Positions 42,301 through 49,339 of a DNA stretch of 59,803 nt are shown here, in pieces. Under the pieces are notes generated by a model. That model was not told the origin of the DNA and did not search any database. It worked only from the letters and a program-made list of their open reading frames with translations. A program made the position numbers and the translations under genes. How positions within the stretch are numbered: the first letter of the stretch is position 1; the number at the start of each line of letters is the position of its first letter. Source of the DNA: a virus (taxonomy: Duplodnaviria; Caudoviricetes); IMG/VR virus record IMGVR_UViG_3300008261_000020, positions 1-59,803 of that record. One strand, written 5' to 3'.

Positions 42301-43526
42301 CCTGATACAGAATTGTAGTTAAATGTTACAACGTTTGATGAGTAAGACAAGATGCTGTCGGTAAGAGCACTGACACCACTCCACATTGGAAGATAATAAA
42401 TGGTTCCCGTACCTGTAACAGGGTTTGTTAGTGCGTTTTGCTTGTTATTAAACGTATTCCAATCGGTGCTGCTCAGATACCCATCTGAACTGACACCCGC
42501 CTGCGTAATTCCTATGGTTCCACTACTCGTAATCGTACCACCTGTCAAAGGAGCTGAGGTCCCAACACTTGTAACCGTACCAACAGACCAAGACCTGTTA
42601 GCAGATAGGTCATAAGTAGTACCATTTATAGTTAACTCTCTTGTTGATGGTACACCACCAAGCCCTGAAAGCGTATAGTCAGGCACATTAAGTATACCCG
42701 TTAGATTACTGTAGGTAGAAGCACCACTATTTCCCGTGGTAGTCAAGCTTATAGCTTGGCGAGCTCTGCTGTCAGTGAAATAAAGGTTTGTTCCTTCAGC
42801 AATATTGGTAGTTGTAAGTACAACTACACCAACCTGACCGTTTACCGACACCACAGTGTCCGTATTGTCAACCTGTTGCCATGCAGTTCCGTCAAAAATA
42901 ATCCAATCGCCTACATTCCAATCTGTAATGCCATCAATGTTGGTACTTCCTGCAACATTTACTACATAGTACCAACCTTTTGTACCCACTCCACTTTGAA
43001 TAAGTGGATTATTTGTTGATGCATTCCACGTTCCCTTGTATACAACACCTCCAACAAGGCTATTTACTTGATTTTGTAGTTTACCAAAGGCTTGAAGTAT
43101 GCTATCCGTAGAAGAAACAGAGCCTCCTGTAATGGTAAGACCCGTAAGAACCTTGCCTATCACAGCACCGTTGCTTAATGTTACAGTAGCAACACCCGGT
43201 CCTGACCCTGTAGCCTCACCTGTAAGACTTGTTATATAGTTTCCTGCGGGTTGGTATACCGTTGAGTCAAGAGAACCATCAGCTTTTAGAAAGTCTGATG
43301 CTGTACCGTTACTATTAATTAAAGAATTTGCAGTTATATTAAACGCACCTAAGAAAGTATCTTGATTTGCTCCTACGTATGGCACATAATTACCTGTTAC
43401 TATCAAAGCACCTATGTCTCCTATAGTAAAATTCTTTGTCTCATTAACATTCTCTACATCAGTACCAATTAAAAGGTCGTTTAATGTAGGAACCGATATA
43501 ACAGGATATGTACTAATCTTAGCCAT
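39363..43526 (-). CDS. Tail fibre protein (1387 aa)
   Basis: Thr/Gly/Ser-rich; YKGTWNAS, GYLSSTDWNTFN repeats, NNRLGIGTATP. Confidence 0.8.
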   Translation of the reverse strand: MAKISTYPVISVPTLNDLLIGTDVENVNETKNFTIGDIGALIVTGNYVPYVGANQDTFLGAFNITANSLINSNGTASDFLKADGSLDSTVYQPAGNYITSLTGEATGSGPGVATVTLSNGAVIGKVLTGLTITGGSVSSTDSILQAFGKLQNQVNSLVGGVVYKGTWNASTNNPLIQSGVGTKGWYYVVNVAGSTNIDGITDWNVGDWIIFDGTAWQQVDNTDTVVSVNGQVGVVVLTTTNIAEGTNLYFTDSRARQAISLTTTGNSGASTYSNLTGILNVPDYTLSGLGGVPSTRELTINGTTYDLSANRSWSVGTVTSVGTSAPLTGGTITSSGTIGITQAGVSSDGYLSSTDWNTFNNKQNALTNPVTGTGTIYYLPMWSGVSALTDSILSYSSNVVTFNYNSVSGGTINYTNTGGTTYTYTIQMNNVGSPRQTYHAYTDGNVLQQINGNVVSQNLQSGQLVLPYYTTTSSFTGTQVGYLGFDASGNILTVSGPSLTGYVPYTGATQDVNLGEWGLTAGQLTLDVSPTGTATVGTTRWNNTIGSSETTLKGGDVLLKNGVDLVARVVNKVTPNTTLTKAGYAAVRVSGAQGQRLAVAYAQADDDPNSADTLGLVCETIPTNQEGFILCVGQLLDVNTTGSLQGETWADGDVLYLSPTTPGALTNIKPNGSTGHIVVMGYVEYAHVNNGKIYVKIMNGWELDELHNVYIDTPLNNEGLFYTSSTQLWENKSIATALGYTPANEATTLTINGTTYDLSANRTWSVGTVTSIGTSGPITGGTITSTGTIGINQATTSTDGYLSSTDWNTFNGKQDAITLTTTGTSGAATLIGSTLNIPQYSGGGSMAIGGSITGATVGSVLFAGTSGVLAQDNASFFWDDTNNRLGIGTATPTADIDITRGVNAAVVHQIKNTTTGTSAQAVMNFIADSNKTAQMQKLSTSFGAPVAPLLAGDFSITNYSSGHMVFANNFSTGRIKFAAGGSTTAQMSLTAAGRLLLGTVTESTFILDANGTGRFTGALTVTAANSTATGGGQIYLNGATANRIDFNSNGVAAPATTTRSTGTKIVLFPGVSATDVDFALGIESSTLWYSVPNASASSFHKWYAGTTNIMSLSGTGTLTLSRNQNAATSISASNTTSGTSSSSQISAISDATSGATSIGKYSTTTTAYKIIAAKDGYLYNGAVAGDIGILNDFTSGTIKFAAGGSSTSQLVLKTTGQLQLNNYTSTSAFTGTAVGFLGFDSSGNILSGTPLGYTIQAFAIATANFTWADNVLYYIGMGPSLALSSNLNINPIYITKAGTIKAAHVVASFSTVGSSENWSAYILINGTTATLIETISVSTSTRDWNNASLSIAVAVGDTVQIRLNSPAWATNPVSNTGYAVNATIYIE

Positions 43527-43529
43527 CTA

Positions 43530-43985
43530 CTAAATGTTTTTCTTTACCGCACTTCCAAAATAATAACCGAATATAGAAAGAACTACTCCTTCAGCAATGC
43601 CTATTAAATGTATAAATATTTCCTTATTGTCCTTAGGAATTTCTAAGTAAACTATTGCATACACTATAAAAACAAAAACACCAAGTCCAATAAGACCTGT
43701 TAAGTTAAATAAGTAATCAATCTTGCCTGACTTACCAACCTCAATCTCACGATTTCTTGCAGAGTCCCTGTCTTTTACCTCTAACTCATACAATTCTTTA
43801 ATTTGCTCATGAGCTAACTTCTTATCTTCAGGGGTCAGATTAGGAGATGTGTCAATTAAATTTTTTACAATACCTAAAACTCCCGAATCAGGAAGCAAAT
43901 CACCAACTTTGTCCAAAATTTTTGGAGCTTTCGTCTTAAGGAACTGACCAACTTTGGTATCTTTAAATTTTTTTTTATCGCTCAT
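43530..43985 (-). CDS. Putative holin
   Basis: DRDSARNRE followed by two TM helices and GYYFGS; adjacent to the endolysin. Confidence 0.65.
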   Translation of the reverse strand: MSDKKKFKDTKVGQFLKTKAPKILDKVGDLLPDSGVLGIVKNLIDTSPNLTPEDKKLAHEQIKELYELEVKDRDSARNREIEVGKSGKIDYLFNLTGLIGLGVFVFIVYAIVYLEIPKDNKEIFIHLIGIAEGVVLSIFGYYFGSAVKKNI

Positions 43986-44431
43986 ACCTTTAAGTATTGA
44001 GTTTTACCTTTTTCTTTTACAGCTTTTAAACACTGCTTTCTGTTTTTGCCTTCTGCATAGGACACATGAACCCATGAAGGCTCTGAGTCTGTACCAAACT
44101 CCCATATCAATTGGTCAAATTCAAGATTTTCTTTAATGAATTTAAACATCTCATGGTTTCTTCCTTCAACTTGCAGGTCAGCCGCTTGACCAAAACAATG
44201 TTGTGAGGTTGTCGACCCACCTATGATAGCATTAAGAGATGCAGCCCTGTATCCTGAAGTGACATTAATGCTACAATCCATGTGCTCACGTATTGGCTGA
44301 AGAACTTTTTCAGCAAGAATCTGCATATTTTTAATATGCTGCTCAGTAGGTTTGTTAGATATGCCCTTTTTAATGGCAGTAGGACTAAAAACCATTTCTT
44401 GAAGTGTAAAGTTTTTTGTTAAATTCATCAT
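43982..44431 (-). CDS. Endolysin, peptidase M15 family
   Basis: SGYR, SQHCFGQAAD, WVHVS zinc-binding motifs. Confidence 0.85.
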   Translation of the reverse strand: MMNLTKNFTLQEMVFSPTAIKKGISNKPTEQHIKNMQILAEKVLQPIREHMDCSINVTSGYRAASLNAIIGGSTTSQHCFGQAADLQVEGRNHEMFKFIKENLEFDQLIWEFGTDSEPSWVHVSYAEGKNRKQCLKAVKEKGKTQYLKV

Positions 44432-44718
44432 TGAGCTTTTAAAAATTCAATAACAATCTTTATAACACCAAGGCTAATTAAAGTTACAAGAGCATAAAAG
44501 TATGACTTGTACTTTTTTAACTCAGCCTTTATGGCATATACTTCTCTCTTTATCTGCTTGAAATCACTTATCAATCCATTAGAATCCTTGTCAATAGGAT
44601 TACCTGCAAGTAGGTTATGCATGTCTTTAACAATAGCCTTTACCTCAGCCATGTCATTCTTAAGCGTGTCTAACTCTGCCGCCATATAATCAAACCTACT
44701 ATTTTCGTGATTGTTCAT
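44428..44718 (-). CDS. Coiled-coil protein with C-terminal TM helix (lysis-associated)
   Basis: Single C-terminal hydrophobic helix; overlaps the endolysin start. Confidence 0.55.
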   Translation of the reverse strand: MNNHENSRFDYMAAELDTLKNDMAEVKAIVKDMHNLLAGNPIDKDSNGLISDFKQIKREVYAIKAELKKYKSYFYALVTLISLGVIKIVIEFLKAQ

Positions 44719-44737
44719 ATCTGTATGGAGATAGCAA

Positions 44738-45004
44738 TTACCATAGTGCTAAAATATTGGTTGCTGTTGTATCACTTGAAAATACTCTAAGTACTTGTAC
44801 AGGGATAAAGGTTCCATTAGCTACATTGTAAAATGTAACATCGTCTCCGCCTACAGTAAGAACACGAAGAACACCACCCGTTCCTGCTGTACCTACATAT
44901 AGAACGCATCCATTGTTTACCCCACCTGCCGGGTCAGGAATATTTACAGTGTCACTCTTGGTAACGACTGCTGCTCTGCCTGCTTGTAATTTTTGATATG
45001 CCAT
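44738..45004 (-). CDS. Small virion protein, head-spike-base-like
   Basis: AVVTKSDT...LYVGTAG..LRV...GDDVTF......FIPVQVLRV....TTATNILALW. Confidence 0.55.
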   Translation of the reverse strand: MAYQKLQAGRAAVVTKSDTVNIPDPAGGVNNGCVLYVGTAGTGGVLRVLTVGGDDVTFYNVANGTFIPVQVLRVFSSDTTATNILALW

Positions 45005-45183
45005 TATTGTGTTTTTTGATTGTTATAAGGGAACACACGATTAAGTGTGTCTTTTCTTTTTCCGCAACCACAGTCCTTACCTGTAACCTTAGCTACAGTC
45101 TCAACAACTTTTTTTATTCCCGTAACGGTTGTTAGTTTTTCTACCGTATCTCCGAGTCCTTTACTTTGTTCAGTTAATTTCAT
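45004..45183 (-). CDS. Hypothetical phage protein
   Basis: SKGLGDTVEK..TGIKK...DCGC..RK..LN. Confidence 0.65.
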   Translation of the reverse strand: MKLTEQSKGLGDTVEKLTTVTGIKKVVETVAKVTGKDCGCGKRKDTLNRVFPYNNQKTQ

Positions 45184-45568
45184 CGTCATTAATTTTTTCA
45201 GCTTCGATTCCCTCTACCCATTCCGCAAGGAATGTAAGGTCTTCAATGCCTTCTGTTGAAAATGTGAATTGATAAAACTCAAAAGTCTGCTCAAGAAGTT
45301 CTTTCAAATCTTGACCCAACTTCTTAGCACCTTCTTTAGTAAACTTATAGTCTCCCTTTTCATCTAACTCCAATATACCTTTCTCATTGGTATACGCATT
45401 GTCAAGTCTTACATCTGAACGCTTCTCATTAAACTCATCCAAGATTGGCTTAATCTTGTCAGCAATCTTTTTAAGTTTTAATTCTTTCTTGCTTCCCTTC
45501 TCAGCACCTGTAGCGTTTACATTTTTTACTAAGTCAAGAAGTTGTAAATACGTAAGTGTTACTTTCAT
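45170..45568 (-). CDS. Hypothetical protein
   Basis: 132-aa ORF with an AAATCAAATCAAATG leader. Confidence 0.7.
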   Translation of the reverse strand: MKVTLTYLQLLDLVKNVNATGAEKGSKKELKLKKIADKIKPILDEFNEKRSDVRLDNAYTNEKGILELDEKGDYKFTKEGAKKLGQDLKELLEQTFEFYQFTFSTEGIEDLTFLAEWVEGIEAEKINDDEIN

Positions 45569-45589
45569 TTGATTTGATTTTATTTATTA

Positions 45590-46408
45590 TTAATTTGTTG
45601 TTACTGTACATCCGTTTGATACAAGTGTAGCCACATATCCGGCACCCGTTACACTTGGTGCAGCATTTGTTCCTCCACTCAAATCAACACTTTTATTAGC
45701 AAGACCTACAACATTTGCAAGTTGGTCTAATATTGCATCTACTGTTACTTGAGTAAATGCGTTAACACTTCCATCAAAGTCTGAATCAAATGTTGTTAAG
45801 CTTGAAATGTCTAATGTAGTTAGTGCAATATTATTAAAAATACTTATTCTTGAATCAACCCTTTCTAAGTTACTTAAATTAAGTGTTGTTAAAAGAGGAC
45901 AATATTCAATTGTTAAACTTATAGAAGTATTAGAGTTGTATAATACTCTTAGTGAACTTAAGTTTAGTGTTTGTAAATATGGAAAATTACTTATATAAAG
46001 TGAATAATTTACAGATGCATCTGTTAATGATGATACTGTTTCTAAAGATGGTAAACTAATTGTATTTAGTATTGGGTCCCCATAACTTCCTGAACCCTCC
46101 ATATATATAGTACCATAAACTGTAACCAAATTAGGTGCAAGTATTTGCCTACTCCAAAAAACAATAGGAGAATATTCGCCTAACGAAATACCAATTCCAC
46201 CTGCAGTAGTTCCTGAATAAGTTATTACATCAGGCTGAAAGATTGGACTGCCAACAACTTCTTGCGGGTCAAGTTGAGACGCAAAAAGATTATATATGTC
46301 GCTTAACAAATAATTCTTTGTAGCATTAGTACTCTCAGCATCAGACCCTATTAGCTTGTCTGAAAGAGTTACGTTACCGTCAATACTATATGTACTAATT
46401 TTGCCCAC
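45590..46408 (-). CDS. Virion protein with the fibre N-terminal domain and leucine-rich repeats
   Basis: GTG start; shared N-terminus; repeats LNTISLPSL, LQTLNLSSL, LTTLNLSNL, LTTLDISSL. Confidence 0.65.
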   Translation of the reverse strand: MGKISTYSIDGNVTLSDKLIGSDAESTNATKNYLLSDIYNLFASQLDPQEVVGSPIFQPDVITYSGTTAGGIGISLGEYSPIVFWSRQILAPNLVTVYGTIYMEGSGSYGDPILNTISLPSLETVSSLTDASVNYSLYISNFPYLQTLNLSSLRVLYNSNTSISLTIEYCPLLTTLNLSNLERVDSRISIFNNIALTTLDISSLTTFDSDFDGSVNAFTQVTVDAILDQLANVVGLANKSVDLSGGTNAAPSVTGAGYVATLVSNGCTVTTN

Positions 46409-46550
46409 TCTTAATTTCTTTTATTCTGTTTTCTGCTTGTTCTTTGGTTTCAAATTCCTCAACATGAGGTTGCCCACTCAATAGCTTAGCATTTGGTTTC
46501 AATTCAACCAAATGAAATACATCAATATTATTATGACAAAGTACAAACAT
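46395..46550 (-). CDS. Hypothetical protein (MFVLCHNN...)
   Basis: 51-aa ORF read by hand, fills the gap. Confidence 0.55.
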   Translation of the reverse strand: MFVLCHNNIDVFHLVELKPNAKLLSGQPHVEEFETKEQAENRIKEIKSGQN

Positions 46551-46565
46551 ATTTTTACGAAGGTA

Positions 46566-46901
46566 CTAAACTTTTGAAACTCTTTTTCCCATACCAACCC
46601 TGCCCTTCTCAGCTTTCTTAGCAGCAAGCTTGGATGGGCTCAACTCAGACTTGGTAGTTGGTGTCTTTGAAGACACTCTCTTTGTTGGACGACAGTACTC
46701 ATTCTTACCACCTGCACCACAAGCCTTACCACTTTTAGTATCGACCCACTTCTCTGATTGCCATCTTTTTAACGCAGTTCCGGACTCAGTCCTTCGGACA
46801 GAGCCTGATTGTTTCCTACATTTAGCAATAGCCTGCGAAGCCCTTGCAGATGGGAACACATCGTAAGATGCCTTTACCTTTCTATAGCAAGAGTCTTTCA
46901 T
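46566..46901 (-). CDS. Basic Cys-containing phage protein
   Basis: CYRKVK...FPSARAS...LKRW..EKWVD....ACG....YCRP..RVSSKTP. Confidence 0.65.
   Translation of the reverse strand: MKDSCYRKVKASYDVFPSARASQAIAKCRKQSGSVRRTESGTALKRWQSEKWVDTKSGKACGAGGKNEYCRPTKRVSSKTPTTKSELSPSKLAAKKAEKGRVGMGKRVSKV
46661..46676. repeat. Dispersed palindrome GTGTCTTTGAAGACAC
   Basis: Exact motif (VSSKT). Confidence 0.9.
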
Positions 46902-46907
46902 TAATAT

Positions 46908-47150
46908 TTATTTTTTAGGAAATCCATTAGAATCATAACCGGGTTTTCCTTTAAGTTTTTGTCTATACCTATCTTGTTTTGCCTTCTCTGATTCTTTGAA
47001 ATACATATCCATTTGAGGTTTTGTATTTGAACCTAAAGCTTTAAGTTTAGAAATATATTCTTTAGTTCCGTAATAATCACTGCTATCAGCAGTTGGTTTT
47101 ACATTTTTACGAGGATTTGGAGTTTCTGCTAATGGATAATCTCTGTTCAT
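46908..47150 (-). CDS. Hypothetical basic protein
   Basis: ORF in a cluster of small basic genes. Confidence 0.6.
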   Translation of the reverse strand: MNRDYPLAETPNPRKNVKPTADSSDYYGTKEYISKLKALGSNTKPQMDMYFKESEKAKQDRYRQKLKGKPGYDSNGFPKK

Positions 47151-47257
47151 TTTTTCTTTTTTTTAGGTAGTGTTACATTGCCCTTCAAGAACTTCATCGG
47201 TCCGTCCAATGATTTCTTAGACTCGTACTTCTTAGCTTTTGCTTTTATTGCTTTCAT
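47147..47257 (-). CDS. Small Lys-rich protein (MKAIKAKAKKYESKK...)
   Basis: 36-aa ORF read by hand; overlaps both neighbours. Confidence 0.55.
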   Translation of the reverse strand: MKAIKAKAKKYESKKSLDGPMKFLKGNVTLPKKKKK

Positions 47258-47490
47258 TATAAACCGTATTTTTTTAAGCCGCCTGTTTTTTTAAGAATAT
47301 CATATTTTGCTGTTGGAAATAAATCTCCATCTTTTTCCTTAAATAATCCTGCTTTAATTAATTCTTTTGCAGACATAGACTTACCTTCAGGACCTCTTTT
47401 TGCAACAATATCTGTTGGCATCCATTTGTTAATTAACCTACTTTCAGTTATTAACTTAGTTGAGTCTTTTGGTACGGGACCGTTTTTCAT
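47257..47490 (-). CDS. Hypothetical basic protein
   Basis: Abutting ORF. Confidence 0.6.
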   Translation of the reverse strand: MKNGPVPKDSTKLITESRLINKWMPTDIVAKRGPEGKSMSAKELIKAGLFKEKDGDLFPTAKYDILKKTGGLKKYGL

Positions 47491-47780
47491 TAGTATTTTC
47501 CTTTTCTTGATTTAGGTGATGATTGAGTTGAACCTCCCGGTCCTGCCCAAAGATTTTTGCAAGCCCAATAGCGTGGTGTCAACTTATTGTTAGCTTCGCT
47601 ACAACCATGACGAGCACGAAATGACGACCGTGCTGCTGCTGAATAGTTATGCCCATAGCCTTTAGCCCCAAAGTGGAGCAGCTTCTCCTGACCATTAGCA
47701 CAAGCTAAGACCATTCGTTTCTTGCCGGGTCTATCCGATGCAACAACACGGTTACATTTCATTTTTGATTTGTCTGCCAT
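47490..47780 (-). CDS. Basic phage protein
   Basis: PGKK..V......KLLHFG......R.SFRARH.C....KLTPRYWAC..W. Confidence 0.7.
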   Translation of the reverse strand: MADKSKMKCNRVVASDRPGKKRMVLACANGQEKLLHFGAKGYGHNYSAAARSSFRARHGCSEANNKLTPRYWACKNLWAGPGGSTQSSPKSRKGKY

Positions 47781-47911
47781 TACTTCTTTAGCTTTTTTGC
47801 AGCTTTAGTAATCATCTTTACTGCTGCTTTCTTAGCAACTTTCTTTGCACCACCACTTGCAGGAGGTTGAAGCATTGAAGACTTTGGAAGATTTGGGATG
47901 TCTTTTTTCAT
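47780..47911 (-). CDS. Small Lys/Ala-rich protein
   Basis: 43 aa, AKKVAKKAAVKMITKAAKKLKK; read by hand. Confidence 0.6.
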   Translation of the reverse strand: MKKDIPNLPKSSMLQPPASGGAKKVAKKAAVKMITKAAKKLKK

Positions 47912-47918
47912 AATTATG

Positions 47919-47939
47919 TATTTTTGTACAACAAATGTA
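47919..47939. promoter_or_regulatory. Overlapping oppositely oriented -7 elements: TATTTTTG (+, 47919-47926) and TACATTTG (-, 47932-47939)
   Basis: Two TAnnTTTG matches in the 38-bp gap between divergent genes. Confidence 0.55.
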
Positions 47940-47949
47940 ATAAAATAAA

Positions 47950-48405
47950 ATGAAATCAGATTACCTCAAGTTTTGGAGAGTCATCCGATATTACGTAAAA
48001 GCACGCTACGGACTCAGCCAAGCAGACCTTGATATTCTCCTTTTCTTGTACTCAGAGAAGTACTTCTCAAAAGATGACTTTGATAAGTTTGACGAACTCC
48101 TATCTTGGGATAAGGACAGGTTTGAAAGACTACGACAGGAAGGGTGGATTGAAAACTTCAGAGCAAAGATAAATGCAAGGAAAGCTATCTATGGACTCTC
48201 AATAAAAGCATCGAGAATGATTAAGTCAATCTACAATAAACTTGAAGGGGAAGAGATACCAATGAACCCAACTAATAACCCACTATATAAACGTAATGTT
48301 GGCTACAACGATAAGGTCTATCGTAATATGATAACGAGAATGAATAAGGCTATACGAGACCACAAACTAAAGCACAATAACGACGTCACGTTCTTGGATG
48401 ATTGA
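47950..48405 (+). CDS. Putative winged-helix DNA-binding protein
   Basis: YGLSQADLDILLFL...RLRQEGWIE...IYGLS.KA, MarR-like pattern; only plus-strand gene within the minus arm. Confidence 0.55.
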   Translation: MKSDYLKFWRVIRYYVKARYGLSQADLDILLFLYSEKYFSKDDFDKFDELLSWDKDRFERLRQEGWIENFRAKINARKAIYGLSIKASRMIKSIYNKLEGEEIPMNPTNNPLYKRNVGYNDKVYRNMITRMNKAIRDHKLKHNNDVTFLDD

Positions 48406-48624
48406 ATACTGCACGTCATGTATAATCATCGTATACCCATGTGCCTTATCGTAGTATATCTCGTCACCTTGCTGCAAGGTGAGCACATCTGTTCCCGGTT
48501 CTACAACGATGCCACGCTTATAGCGTAGCTGATTGGTGTCGTCACCTGACAGCATTAAGCCGGAAGCCGTTTTAACTTCCTCATCTACGTTCTTAACTAC
48601 TATGTTCTTCCCTATCGCCTTCAT
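48367..48624 (-). CDS. groES: Co-chaperonin GroES
   Basis: MKAIGKNIVV...KTASGLML...GIVVEPG...GDEIYY...IIQERDVVIVL. Confidence 0.85.
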   Translation of the reverse strand: MKAIGKNIVVKNVDEEVKTASGLMLSGDDTNQLRYKRGIVVEPGTDVLTLQQGDEIYYDKAHGYTMIIHDVQYSIIQERDVVIVL

Positions 48625-48922
48625 CAGTTTTTTCTTTTTTGGTTCCAAAATAATATGAGAATATCATAAGTGTGAGTGTCTTTATCAAGTCAAACAGCTC
48701 AGCGTCTTGGTTATCAGATAGCAGTGGTATCTTGAATGCTACCACCTTGTCTACTATGTACACACCCACCAATGACGAGAATACAAGAAGAATAAACTTT
48801 ACAAGTATCTCCTTGGTATCATTGACAAATATCTTGTTGACGAAGTATACCCCCGCAACTATAAATGCAAGTGAACATATCACCGCTAATGCCGTAATAA
48901 ATATTGAACCCGTACTAAACAT
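48593..48922 (-). CDS. Membrane protein (3 TM)
   Basis: Three hydrophobic helices, SYYFG; start moved to MFSTG. Confidence 0.6.
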   Translation of the reverse strand: MFSTGSIFITALAVICSLAFIVAGVYFVNKIFVNDTKEILVKFILLVFSSLVGVYIVDKVVAFKIPLLSDNQDAELFDLIKTLTLMIFSYYFGTKKEKTDEGDREEHSS

Positions 48923-49100
48923 CTTCTCTTTCAATTTCAGTCCATCCACCACAGTTGGCACACTCAAGCAAATCACCATGGTGTAGTTCCACGTGGAACT
49001 CACTCCACTCAATCTTGCTCGCCTCTACCAATGCCAACCACTTGTATCCGCAGTGCTCGCATTTCATTGGGTATGCTACATTCTCAACGCCTACGTTCAT
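48915..49100 (-). CDS. Small zinc-finger protein
   Basis: CEHC...CANC. Confidence 0.6.
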   Translation of the reverse strand: MNVGVENVAYPMKCEHCGYKWLALVEASKIEWSEFHVELHHGDLLECANCGGWTEIEREDV

Positions 49101-49339
49101 AGCCTTGTGATGTATATAGGTGTTTTCTCGCCAACATAGGCTCCAACAATATTGTACCCATAATAGTCAATCGCCTCTTCCTCACTCATGTCCCTGCTAA
49201 GCACCTTGATGATTATCTCAGAGTCGTATACTACCCTGCCATCTTTTTCTTCAACACCAATTATCGCCTCGTCCATCCCATCAACCAATAAGGCATCGGG
49301 ATACATCTCAGCTATCTTATCGACTTTACTTTGCGTCAT
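49097..49339 (-). CDS. Hypothetical phage protein
   Basis: DGMDEAIIG...VVYD...EEAIDYY.YNI.GAYVGE.TP; start moved to MTQSK. Confidence 0.7.
   Translation of the reverse strand: MTQSKVDKIAEMYPDALLVDGMDEAIIGVEEKDGRVVYDSEIIIKVLSRDMSEEEAIDYYGYNIVGAYVGEKTPIYITRL

Noticed and set aside
39363-43526. Diversity-generating retroelement acting on the fibre repeats
   Set aside because: No reverse transcriptase gene is present and the repeat differences are not adenine-specific.
8279-46866. Many short plus-strand ORFs opposite the structural genes
   Set aside because: Antisense shadows of long minus-strand genes with no leaders or recognisable motifs.
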